From positions 152,499 through 216,498 of the IMG/VR virus record IMGVR_UViG_3300010334_000023: DNA of 64,000 nt. One strand, written 5' to 3'. Positions 44,945-53,265 of the stretch are shown piece by piece. Below the pieces are notes generated by a model. That model saw only the letters and a program-made list of their open reading frames with translations. It ran no database searches and was not told the DNA's origin. The stretch's first letter is position 1. Each line of letters begins with the position of its first letter. The position numbers and the translations under genes were made by a program.

Positions 44945-45829
44945 TTACTGGCTCCTCTGGCTCTGCACTTGCTTGAGCAGATCCCTTTGTTGAGTGGTTA
45001 GATTCCTGCATATCTCTACGTTGAGCCTGAGGAACAGGTCTCCTCTGTGGCGTGCGTTGTTGTGAGCAGGCATGCCTTGGCCTTGAACACGCAGCATGGT
45101 ACCGTGCTGCGTGCCAGCTGGTACGTTTACGCTGAGCTTTTGGCCATCTATGCCCGTGACTTCTTGGTCGGTGCCCAGCATGGCTGCTATGGCATCCACG
45201 TTCAGCACAGCATGCAGATGCGGACCATCTCTGTTGAACAACGCATGCTCGCTGATTGACACGGTGACATAGAGATCACCTGGGGGCAGATTGCCCATGC
45301 TGCGGTCGCCGTGACCTTGGAACTTGAGCCTGGTGCCATTCTGCACGCCAGCAGGTATTGAGACATTGATGCTGGTCTGCTGCCCGTTGGCATCAAACTG
45401 CACGGGCACGGTCTTGCCAACAAAGGCATCTTCCAGGGTGATGTTGAGAGTGAACTGCCAATCTCTGTTACGAGGCGGCTGCGGTCTGCCAAAGCCCTGC
45501 CCGAACACCTGGCTCATGATGTCATCGAATGGATTGCCACCTCCGCCAAAGCTGAAACTGAAATCCGCACCAGGAAATCCGTGGTTGAAGTTTTGATGGA
45601 AGGGATTGCCTCCCTGTCCAAACCTGCGCTGTTGATCGTACTGCGCACGTTTCTGGGCATCGCCCAGCGTGTCATTGGCCTCGTTGATCTTCTTGAACAG
45701 GGCCTCTGAATCCTTGTTGCCCTGGTTGAGATCAGGGTGATGCTGCTTGGCTAATCGCCTATAAGCAGCTCTGATTTCGTCTGGACTGGCGTTTTCGCCT
45801 ATTTCGAGTATCTTGTAATAATCTTCCAT
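44945..45829 (-). CDS. dnaJ: DnaJ-class (type II / CbpA-like) co-chaperone
   Basis: DYYKILE...HHPD J-domain; G/F-rich linker; C-terminal PGDLYV...GDL; no Zn finger. Start reassigned to 45829. Confidence 0.9.
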   Translation of the reverse strand: MEDYYKILEIGENASPDEIRAAYRRLAKQHHPDLNQGNKDSEALFKKINEANDTLGDAQKRAQYDQQRRFGQGGNPFHQNFNHGFPGADFSFSFGGGGNPFDDIMSQVFGQGFGRPQPPRNRDWQFTLNITLEDAFVGKTVPVQFDANGQQTSINVSIPAGVQNGTRLKFQGHGDRSMGNLPPGDLYVTVSISEHALFNRDGPHLHAVLNVDAIAAMLGTDQEVTGIDGQKLSVNVPAGTQHGTMLRVQGQGMPAHNNARHRGDLFLRLNVEICRNLTTQQRDLLKQVQSQRSQ

Positions 45830-45834
45830 GACAG

Positions 45835-45864
45835 AGTGTAACCTATTGAGCACCATGGTGTCAA
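45835..45864 (-). promoter_or_regulatory. Sigma70-like promoter TTGACA-N18-TACACT (dnaJ-def-clpA, probably leaderless)
   Basis: ATG 5 nt after the -10 box; no SD. Confidence 0.45.
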
Positions 45865-45879
45865 TGCCAGCGGCATACC

Positions 45880-45886
45880 ATAAATA
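45880..45886 (+). promoter_or_regulatory. Late promoter motif ATAAATA
   Basis: Upstream of the holin-like gene, divergent from dnaJ. Confidence 0.55.
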
Positions 45887-45921
45887 ATCAAATATCACCA
45901 ACTAGCAAGGGGTGCAGTGTC

Positions 45922-46611
45922 TTGGATGAAGAAAAACAGGCTACGTTGGCGCAGATAGCTGTTAACTATCTAACCAACACTCGTCCGATCATGCTAGCAG
46001 TGCATTTCATTTATATTGCCATGATAACGCTGGTATTTTCAGCGTCTTACGTGATTGCTTTCCATTTTACCAGCTTGGTCACGGTTTACGAAGAAGCCCA
46101 CAGCATCAGCAGCTTCAGCTTGAATCTCAAGACATCTTTGGAGAACGATAACGCTATCTATGCCAATCTTAACAGGCTGCTCGGCGACAACGGTGGTATG
46201 AGAGCCTATGTGTACAGATACCACAACGGATTGGCAGCAATCAGTGGTGTGCCATTCTTCTTCCAGACCATGACACATGAAGTGATCAGCCCTGGTACTT
46301 CTCGCATCATGAACTTTGAGCAGCGCATACCAGCCAGCATACACATGGCCATCAACAACCACTTTGTCAATGACAAGTGTGCAGTGATCAAGAACGCTGA
46401 CAAGGACAGGGAAAACCAAGATTACTATTTCTGGATGAGCAGAAACGCCAAACATCTCATACGCTGTCCGATCTACATGAGCAACGGCGATCTGTTTGGA
46501 TTCGTTGGTGTGGATTTCGCCACAGACATCAGCGAACTGGATACCAGCATCAAGCGCATCAGGGACGCAACGTCTGACATCGCCAAGATATTCCAAAGCA
46601 TCAAGCGCTGA
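45922..46611 (+). CDS. Single-TM membrane protein with GAF-like C-terminal domain; T4 holin T-like candidate
   Basis: One TM at about residues 25-52; RAYVYRYHNG and LIRCPIYMSNGDLFGFVGVDF resemble T4 T (AVYSF, MYSCPYFNLDNIYAGTITM) as recalled; 229 aa; late promoter. Confidence 0.5.
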   Translation: MDEEKQATLAQIAVNYLTNTRPIMLAVHFIYIAMITLVFSASYVIAFHFTSLVTVYEEAHSISSFSLNLKTSLENDNAIYANLNRLLGDNGGMRAYVYRYHNGLAAISGVPFFFQTMTHEVISPGTSRIMNFEQRIPASIHMAINNHFVNDKCAVIKNADKDRENQDYYFWMSRNAKHLIRCPIYMSNGDLFGFVGVDFATDISELDTSIKRIRDATSDIAKIFQSIKR

Positions 46612-46670
46612 TATATTTAGGCAAAGCTGGATCGTGATCCATAAAATAACACAGTCAAGGGATCACATGC

Positions 46671-47381
46671 ATGCACATACTCATACCCATGAGCGGGCGA
46701 GGTTCTAGGTTCGCCCAGCAGGGTTACGCAAAACCCAAACCTCTGATAGAATTCTTCGGCAAGCCAATGGTCCAGCATGTGCTGGAGAACCTTGGACTGC
46801 ACAATACATTTACACTATGCGTGCTGCGCGAGCACTATGATGCAGATCCTGTGCTGTTTGAACAGCTAGGTCGCATGACTGATCTCAATTTAGTGTTTGT
46901 GGACCAGGTCACACAGGGTGCTGCTGAGACCTGCTTGCTGGCCAAGCAACATATAAAACCCAATGATACTCTGTTCATTGCCAACTGCGATCAGATCATG
47001 GCCTGGGACCAAGATCACTTTGAAGAATGGTTAGCAGCTGAGCGACTGGATGGTGCCATGCTGACCTTCTTCAAGGACAGTCCAGCCTACAGCTATGTGG
47101 AAGTCGACCAAGGCGGCATAGCCATACGCACGGCTGAAAAGCAGGTCATAAGCCCGCATGCTACCACTGGCATCTACGTGTGGACCCAAGGCAAGGATTT
47201 CGTGTGGGCAGCAGAACAGATGATAGCAGACAACGTGCGTGTCAATAATGAATTCTATGTTTGCCCTGTGTATAATTGGAACATCGCACGCGGCGACCGC
47301 ATAGGCATATATCCACCCCAGGCTCACTGGCCCATAGGCACACCAGAAGACTTGGACATCTACATAGAGGCGCACCAATGA
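46671..47381 (+). CDS. Sugar-phosphate nucleotidyltransferase (NTP_transferase family)
   Basis: LIPMSGRGSRF...PKPL; TQGAAET; IANCDQ; AEK; NEFYV; GTPEDL. Confidence 0.85.
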   Translation: MHILIPMSGRGSRFAQQGYAKPKPLIEFFGKPMVQHVLENLGLHNTFTLCVLREHYDADPVLFEQLGRMTDLNLVFVDQVTQGAAETCLLAKQHIKPNDTLFIANCDQIMAWDQDHFEEWLAAERLDGAMLTFFKDSPAYSYVEVDQGGIAIRTAEKQVISPHATTGIYVWTQGKDFVWAAEQMIADNVRVNNEFYVCPVYNWNIARGDRIGIYPPQAHWPIGTPEDLDIYIEAHQ

Positions 47382-47710
47382 AAGTATTTGATCCCACGCT
47401 GTTCACAGGTGGTTGGTTCGTTGGAGACTTCCAACCCAGCATCTGGAACACCAAGGACTTTGAAGTAGGTTACAAGTATCATCAGGCCGGCGAACCATGG
47501 CCAGCTCACTATCATGAGCACATGGACGAGATCACCGTTTTGGTAGATGGCGTGATGAGGATACAGGACCAGATCCTGGTTGGCCCGACCATATTCCTGC
47601 TGAAAAAGGGCGAGATAGCAGATCCAGAATTCCTAGCAGATTGCCAAGTGGTGGTGATCAAGACTCCCAGCGTGCCTGGCGACAAGATAGAGGTGAAAAA
47701 AGAATCATGA
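47378..47710 (+). CDS. Cupin-fold protein (putative sugar isomerase/epimerase)
   Basis: GWFVGDF; PAHYHEHMDEIT (H-x-H-x4-E cupin motif 1); ATGA-coupled on both sides. Confidence 0.75.
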   Translation: MKVFDPTLFTGGWFVGDFQPSIWNTKDFEVGYKYHQAGEPWPAHYHEHMDEITVLVDGVMRIQDQILVGPTIFLLKKGEIADPEFLADCQVVVIKTPSVPGDKIEVKKES

Positions 47711-48849
47711 GCATAGACATCGTCAGAGACCAAAAGGAACTGGGTACCTATTTCTACGTTACCTACGACGTAGAAAGCACCAGCACGCTGTTTGACGCAG
47801 CATGGGCCATAGCAGTGGGCCAGAGCATTGGCAATCCCAACACACGGTCAGTCTGGGAGACACCAGAGATGATCGAAGCACACTGTGCCAAGATCCTGCG
47901 CAGCAACAACTTTGACAAGAAGAAGGGTTTGGTCACCATTGGTTACCCAGCTGCCAACATCAACTGGGACAACGATGGCATCGCTCAGCTGCTGTGCATC
48001 ATCCAGGGCGGCCAGACTGACATTGACATCATCAAGAAGTGTCGCGTGGTTGATCTTGAGATACATCCCCAGACCATAGACAGCCACTTCAACAAGCCAC
48101 GCTATGGCATCAGTGGCATGAGGGCCTACACTGGCTGCTTTGGCAAACCGTTCTTTGGAGGCATCATCAAGCCCAAGACCGGCGTAACACCTCATCAGCT
48201 GCTAGACATGGTCAAGGAACTGGTTGATGGCGGCGTTAACTTCATCAAGGAAGACGAGATCCTCAGCAATCCAGACATCTGCAGGCTGGAAGATCGCGTG
48301 AGCTTGATCAGTGATTACATCAGCGACAAGAGCGTGGTATATACCTTCTGCATCAACAGCGATCCTCTGCATGTGCTGGATCGCGCACGTTTCGTGGCCA
48401 GCAATGGCGGCACAGGGGTGCACGTGAACGTGTGGAGCGGTCTTGGCGTGTACAAGAGCATACGCGATCTGGATCTGGATCTGTTCATACACTATCAGAA
48501 GAGCGGTGACAAGGTCATCACGCATAAGAAGAATCCTTTTGGCATAGAGTGGACTGTGCTGTGCCAGCTGGCAGCTATCAGCGGTGTTGACACCATACAC
48601 GCAGGCATGTGGGGTGGCTACCTATCGGATCCCGAAGACGAGATCACTGCGTACATGAAAGTTCTCAGAAGCGGCAACGTGGTTCCTGCGCTAAGCTGCG
48701 GTATGACAGCAGAGCTGATCCCACCAATCGTGGAAAAGTTTGGTGTGGACTGGATGGCCAACGTGGGCGGCGCCATACACGGTCATCCAGATGGCACGCT
48801 GGCAGGTGCACAGAAGATACGCCGAGCCATAGACAGCTTGAAGGTGTGA
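47707..48849 (+). CDS. RuBisCO-like protein (form IV RLP)
   Basis: GGIIKPKTG (K175/K177); NFIKEDE (K201, D203, E204); IHYQKSG (H294); IHAGMWGGYL; ALSCG; VGGAIHGHP. Lacks E60, R295 and K334 equivalents. Confidence 0.9.
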   Translation: MSIDIVRDQKELGTYFYVTYDVESTSTLFDAAWAIAVGQSIGNPNTRSVWETPEMIEAHCAKILRSNNFDKKKGLVTIGYPAANINWDNDGIAQLLCIIQGGQTDIDIIKKCRVVDLEIHPQTIDSHFNKPRYGISGMRAYTGCFGKPFFGGIIKPKTGVTPHQLLDMVKELVDGGVNFIKEDEILSNPDICRLEDRVSLISDYISDKSVVYTFCINSDPLHVLDRARFVASNGGTGVHVNVWSGLGVYKSIRDLDLDLFIHYQKSGDKVITHKKNPFGIEWTVLCQLAAISGVDTIHAGMWGGYLSDPEDEITAYMKVLRSGNVVPALSCGMTAELIPPIVEKFGVDWMANVGGAIHGHPDGTLAGAQKIRRAIDSLKV

Positions 48850-48850
48850 C

Positions 48851-49324
48851 ATGAAGTTCATAGCACACCGAGGATTGATGGACGGTCCTGATGAGCGCAT
48901 GCAGAACCGCCCTGATCAGATCGTCAAGGCACTGGACCATGGATTCGAAGCAGAGATAGACCTGTGGCATATAGATGGCAAGTGGGTGCTGGGACATGAT
49001 GGTCCTGAGCATGACATCGAATTTGATTACCTCAGGCAGAAGGGCCTGTGGATTCACTGCAAGAACCTCGATGCGCTGTTTGCTCTCAGAGCACAGAAAC
49101 ATCACTACAACTTCTTTTGGCACGAAAGTGATCTAGTGACGCTGACCAGCACCAACATGGTCTGGACTTACTTTGGCAAGCCAGAGACCGTGAGCCCCAT
49201 GAGCATCTGCGTGATGCCGGAAGCTACCTATGAATGGACAGACATAGAGCAGATGGTGCGCAGCTGGAACTGGTATGGCTTCTGCAGCGACTATGTGAAC
49301 CGGCTGCGGGCATGGCAACACTAG
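48851..49324 (+). CDS. Minimal glycerophosphodiester-phosphodiesterase (PLC-like) protein
   Basis: FIAHRG; EAEID; LGHD; WIHCKN; GFCSDY. Confidence 0.7.
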   Translation: MKFIAHRGLMDGPDERMQNRPDQIVKALDHGFEAEIDLWHIDGKWVLGHDGPEHDIEFDYLRQKGLWIHCKNLDALFALRAQKHHYNFFWHESDLVTLTSTNMVWTYFGKPETVSPMSICVMPEATYEWTDIEQMVRSWNWYGFCSDYVNRLRAWQH

Positions 49325-49971
49325 CACTATGCTTTGCGGGATTACCTCGCATAACTGACGTCAGCACTGCTAGCTGGCGTCGCCTCATTGATCAACACGA
49401 CACTGATGTATTCGTGCATGCGTGGAGCAACGATGCTGAACTGTCTCGCAACTGGATCAGCAGTGCGTATGCTCCCACAGAGATGATAATAGAATCTCAG
49501 CGAGAGTTTGATACCAGCATCTACAAGGATCGCATCTGGGCCTATAGGTCGCAGCCACGAAACGTGCTCAGCATGTGGTACAGCATAGCTCAGAGCCTTC
49601 AGCTGGCAGACCGGCACGCACGGAAACAGCGCAAGACCTATGACTTTGTTGCCCGTGCACGATTTGATTGGCACTGTGATCAGTTTGTGCTGGAACAGTA
49701 CGATGGCCTCACAGTGCCAGATGATCCCGGTCTGAGCGGTCACAATTTCCAGCATCGCGGAACATGGCACGTGGCACACAACGATCAGTTTGGATATGGC
49801 AGCATGACTGTGATGCGAGACTACGGAGAGACATTTGCTCGCATACCTTGGCTGTATTCTGTAGATGGTGTCGACTTCTGCAGCGAATTATTCCTCACCA
49901 CTAACATGATGACCAAGCAAATTCCGGTTAAATTACAGAAGGGCATGCGCTATCGCATGGTAAGGGACTAA
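49312..49971 (+). CDS. Putative glycosyltransferase
   Basis: ALCFAGLPR; TDVFVHAW; SMWYS; YDFVARARFD; NDQFGYG; start reassigned to 49312. Confidence 0.6.
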   Translation: MATLALCFAGLPRITDVSTASWRRLIDQHDTDVFVHAWSNDAELSRNWISSAYAPTEMIIESQREFDTSIYKDRIWAYRSQPRNVLSMWYSIAQSLQLADRHARKQRKTYDFVARARFDWHCDQFVLEQYDGLTVPDDPGLSGHNFQHRGTWHVAHNDQFGYGSMTVMRDYGETFARIPWLYSVDGVDFCSELFLTTNMMTKQIPVKLQKGMRYRMVRD

Positions 49972-49972
49972 C

Positions 49973-51043
49973 ATGAAGATAGGTGTATATACGATCGCGT
50001 TAAACGAGCTACAGCACTGCGAACGCTGGGCTCAGAGCGTGGCAGATGCTGACTATCGTGTTGTGCTAGACACGGGTAGCACAGATGGCACGGTTGAGAA
50101 GCTGCGCGAGCTGGGTGTCACTGTGTTTGAACAACGTTTTGATCCATGGCGCTTTGATCATGCTCGCAACGCTGCGCTGGCCTGCTTGCCCACAGACACT
50201 GACATCTGCATCAGCCAGGACATGGACGAGTTCCTTGCTGAAGGTTGGCGACCCAAGATGGAAGCAGCTTGGCGCATGAACGAGACCACACGCTTGGCCT
50301 ATACCTATGTGTTTGATTATCGTGTTGGTGGACCAAATGATGGTTACCGCATGGACAAGATACACGCTAGGATAGGCTATCAATGGAAGCGCCCAGTGCA
50401 TGAGACAGTGTTCAGCACAGTGGGTCTTGAGAATGTTGCCGAAGATCTCAGCATAGTGCTGAACCAGATACAGGATCGCAGCAAGGACACTCGAGGGCGT
50501 TACTTGCCACTGCTGAAGATGGCAGCCGAGGAAGACAGCGACGACAGCCAGATCAGCTTTTGGTATGGCCGCGAGCTGATGTATGCGAACCAACATACCG
50601 AGTCAGTGACAGAGCTTGAGAGATATCTCAGCCTTGAGACCAGTAGGTGGCCCATAGAGCGTTCAGAAGCCATGATATACATCAGCAGGATGAGCGACAG
50701 CCGCAAGCTGGAATATCTGCAGCGAGCACTGATATGTTCGCCTGAACGCAGGCAGGTGTGGTTAGAGATGGCTCGCTACTATTACAACAACCAGGACTGG
50801 CACGGTCTGCTGTGGGCAGCTGGCAGCGGCATGGAAAAGAGCCGCAGGGATCACAGCTATCTGGACAGTGCAGATGCCTGGGGCAATCAGCTGCTGGACT
50901 TTGGCAGCATAGCTGCTGCTAACCTTGGATGGTACAGCAAGGCAGCTGATTGGTGCCGACAGGCACTGGACATGAGCCCCAGTGACGATAGATTGAAAAC
51001 CAACCTGCAGTGGATGCAGGATAAGATCAAGGGACAAGCATGA
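49973..51043 (+). CDS. GT2 glycosyltransferase with C-terminal TPR repeats
   Basis: VLDTGSTDGT; SQDMDE; WKRPVHE; TPR helices (FWYGRELMY, ALDMSPSD). Confidence 0.85.
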   Translation: MKIGVYTIALNELQHCERWAQSVADADYRVVLDTGSTDGTVEKLRELGVTVFEQRFDPWRFDHARNAALACLPTDTDICISQDMDEFLAEGWRPKMEAAWRMNETTRLAYTYVFDYRVGGPNDGYRMDKIHARIGYQWKRPVHETVFSTVGLENVAEDLSIVLNQIQDRSKDTRGRYLPLLKMAAEEDSDDSQISFWYGRELMYANQHTESVTELERYLSLETSRWPIERSEAMIYISRMSDSRKLEYLQRALICSPERRQVWLEMARYYYNNQDWHGLLWAAGSGMEKSRRDHSYLDSADAWGNQLLDFGSIAAANLGWYSKAADWCRQALDMSPSDDRLKTNLQWMQDKIKGQA

Positions 51044-52104
51044 TGCGCATAGCGATTTACGGACCAACCAAGAACCAAGCTCACCATGTGCAGGCATGGT
51101 ATGATAGCTGCAAGGATGCTGATGTTATCTGCATCGCAGACACTGGCAGCACAGACGGAACCAAGGAAGCCATGTTGGCACTGGGAGTGCAGGTCACGGA
51201 TGTCCGCATCATACCTTGGCGCTTTGACGATGCGTTCAACACTGCGATGTATCTAGTACCAGATGACATAGATGTGTGCATACGCCTGGACACCGATGAG
51301 AGACTGACACCAGGTTGGCGCGACAAGCTGGAAGCAGCTTGGAAGCCAGAAACCACGAGGCTGCGCTATCCCTACATCTGGAACTGGAACGCTGACGGCA
51401 CGCCAGGTCGCCAGTGGTACGGCGATCGCATACACAGCCGCAAAGGCTACCGCTGGATGGGAGCCACGCACGAAGGACTGGTCAGCAGATTACCAGAAAT
51501 ACATACTTTCACAGATGATTTCCAGATACATCACTTCCCAGATCCCAAGAGCAAGAGCGGTGATCTCAGCCTGCTGGAAGAAAGCGTGAGAGAGTGGCCG
51601 CATGATAGCCGCATCAAGGCCTACCTGGGCCGCGAGTATGCTTATCAAAAGATCTGGGACAAGTGCGCAGCTACCTACAAGGAATTCCTCGGTATGAGCT
51701 TTGACACGGTTGAGCGCTGCCAGGCTCTGACCACTCTGGCACAGGCTGAACCCGAGAACAAGCTGTTTTGGCTCAAGCAGGCTGCCTATGAAGTACCCAC
51801 TCATCGCGAACCTTTAGTAGCATTGGCACAGCACTACTATGAAGCAGCAGACTGGAAGAACTGCTACGACTATTCTCATCGCGCTCTCAAGATCACCAAG
51901 CATCCCATGGACTACACCTGCACACCTGAGGCATGGGGATGGCAACCGCATGATCTGCTGAGCATCGCAGCATGGAACCTAAGGCTCTATGACGAATGCT
52001 TGGAACAGGCCAAGACAGCTCTGGAAAAATCTCCAGATGACACGCGACTGAAAAACAATCTCAAGCTGATAGAGGATTTCATAGCCAAGAATCTACGTGG
52101 TTGA
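51040..52104 (+). CDS. GT2 glycosyltransferase with C-terminal TPR repeats (paralogue)
   Basis: IADTGSTDGT; RLDTDE; WMGATHE; YLGREY; ALEKSPDD. Confidence 0.85.
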   Translation: MMRIAIYGPTKNQAHHVQAWYDSCKDADVICIADTGSTDGTKEAMLALGVQVTDVRIIPWRFDDAFNTAMYLVPDDIDVCIRLDTDERLTPGWRDKLEAAWKPETTRLRYPYIWNWNADGTPGRQWYGDRIHSRKGYRWMGATHEGLVSRLPEIHTFTDDFQIHHFPDPKSKSGDLSLLEESVREWPHDSRIKAYLGREYAYQKIWDKCAATYKEFLGMSFDTVERCQALTTLAQAEPENKLFWLKQAAYEVPTHREPLVALAQHYYEAADWKNCYDYSHRALKITKHPMDYTCTPEAWGWQPHDLLSIAAWNLRLYDECLEQAKTALEKSPDDTRLKNNLKLIEDFIAKNLRG

Positions 52105-52110
52105 TACCAC

Positions 52111-52116
52111 TAAATA
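52111..52116 (+). promoter_or_regulatory. Late promoter motif TAAATA
   Basis: 5 nt before ATG 52122. Confidence 0.55.
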
Positions 52117-52121
52117 CCCCC

Positions 52122-52352
52122 ATGAGGCTACAGTACCTAGACCATAAACCAATCATAACTCTGCGAGAAGACACTTCGGTGTTTGCCTTCTTCACAGAAG
52201 CAGGGGTGGGTAAGATAGTCAAGGGCGTGAACACCACGCCTGACGTTGGTGTGGATGAGATACCTCGTCAGGCTGCTAAGTTCAAGATCAAGGTTGATCG
52301 CAACGGCTATCCGCCTGTGGCACGCAGCGACGGCAAGATTCCCAAGCTATAG
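52122..52352 (+). CDS. Small hypothetical protein
   Basis: 76 aa from an in-frame ATG; probably leaderless. Confidence 0.65.
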   Translation: MRLQYLDHKPIITLREDTSVFAFFTEAGVGKIVKGVNTTPDVGVDEIPRQAAKFKIKVDRNGYPPVARSDGKIPKL

Positions 52353-52357
52353 TCATG

Positions 52358-52383
52358 AAAAGAGGTGGGACTGGCCCACCTCT
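52358..52383 (-). terminator. Intrinsic terminator
   Basis: agaggtggg-actgg-cccacctct 9-bp stem with an A4 run on the left (U4 on the minus strand), between convergent genes. Confidence 0.75.
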
Positions 52384-52395
52384 GACAGTTAGATA

Positions 52396-52674
52396 TTAGA
52401 TACGGCTACGTCGGCTAGCTGCCTTGGCATCTTCTTCAGTGGACTCAACTGCGATAGGCACCCAGCGCTGTGGGATTGGTAACCCGCTCTTGCGATAATA
52501 GTCCAAGTCTGCTTCTGGATCATCTACTTGAGTCCATACCACCCATTTACCATCAAGTTCGCGTTTCTTGATATCGTGTCTCTTATCCATCTCTGGTCTC
52601 TTTATGCTATTAAGGGTTACCGGAACATCCCGGCTCTCAAGTTTAGCAGCAACTATAGCTGCTGCCAAATTCAT
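52396..52674 (-). CDS. Hypothetical protein
   Basis: 92 aa, ATGA-coupled to the PRT gene. Confidence 0.7.
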   Translation of the reverse strand: MNLAAAIVAAKLESRDVPVTLNSIKRPEMDKRHDIKKRELDGKWVVWTQVDDPEADLDYYRKSGLPIPQRWVPIAVESTEEDAKAASRRSRI

Positions 52675-53219
52675 TGTGAAGATGCACCTAACCACCAGTT
52701 CTCATAAGGAAACTCGATCCACATATCTTGCTCAGCCTTGTTGATTTCCATGGCTGCGTAATCTACCTTGGTAGTGCTAGCTAGATTGTTAACCAACACA
52801 GCAAAGCGCACGTTGTGGTGCCAGATATTATCCCAGTGTGAGCTGTCTGGTAAGCAGGTACTGCGCCAATCGCGTTTGATCCATTCCAGAGTGGCACCTG
52901 TGTCATTGATGTCGTCTACGATCAAGATCTGCTTTGGAGGATTACCCTCAGTTGGAAACTTCTCATCATAGCCAAACGCATCTTCTGCCATCCACCAATT
53001 GCTTTCATTGTCAGCACCATTGTCGCGCAAGCTCACTCGCAGTGTATGGCAAGGCACAGCAAACCAATGGCTTAGCAGCACAGCAGGCAGCAACCCACCT
53101 CGAGTAAGTCCAACGATGTAGTCTGGACGCCAGCGATCAATAGTTACCTGTCGAGCTATTGATAACACTTGCGAATTTACGTCTTTATAGCTGAGATATC
53201 GCTTGTTGATCATAGGCAT
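52671..53219 (-). CDS. Type I phosphoribosyltransferase (Gpt/Hpt-like)
   Basis: IVGLTRGGLLPA; ILIVDDINDTGATL PRPP-binding motif; WIEFPYE. Start is 53213-53234 (uncertain). Confidence 0.85.
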   Translation of the reverse strand: MPMINKRYLSYKDVNSQVLSIARQVTIDRWRPDYIVGLTRGGLLPAVLLSHWFAVPCHTLRVSLRDNGADNESNWWMAEDAFGYDEKFPTEGNPPKQILIVDDINDTGATLEWIKRDWRSTCLPDSSHWDNIWHHNVRFAVLVNNLASTTKVDYAAMEINKAEQDMWIEFPYENWWLGASSQ

Positions 53220-53237
53220 GTTTCCCATTACCATGCC

Positions 53238-53265
53238 AGTATAGCAGGATTTGGCTAGGCGTCAA
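53238..53265 (-). promoter_or_regulatory. Sigma70-like promoter TTGACG-N16-TATACT with extended TG
   Basis: Upstream of the PRT gene. Confidence 0.6.

Noticed and set aside
47707-48849. Phage-encoded CO2-fixing RuBisCO (rbcL)
   Set aside because: K334, R295 and E60 equivalents appear substituted; no rbcS or prk nearby; the context is sugar-nucleotide genes.
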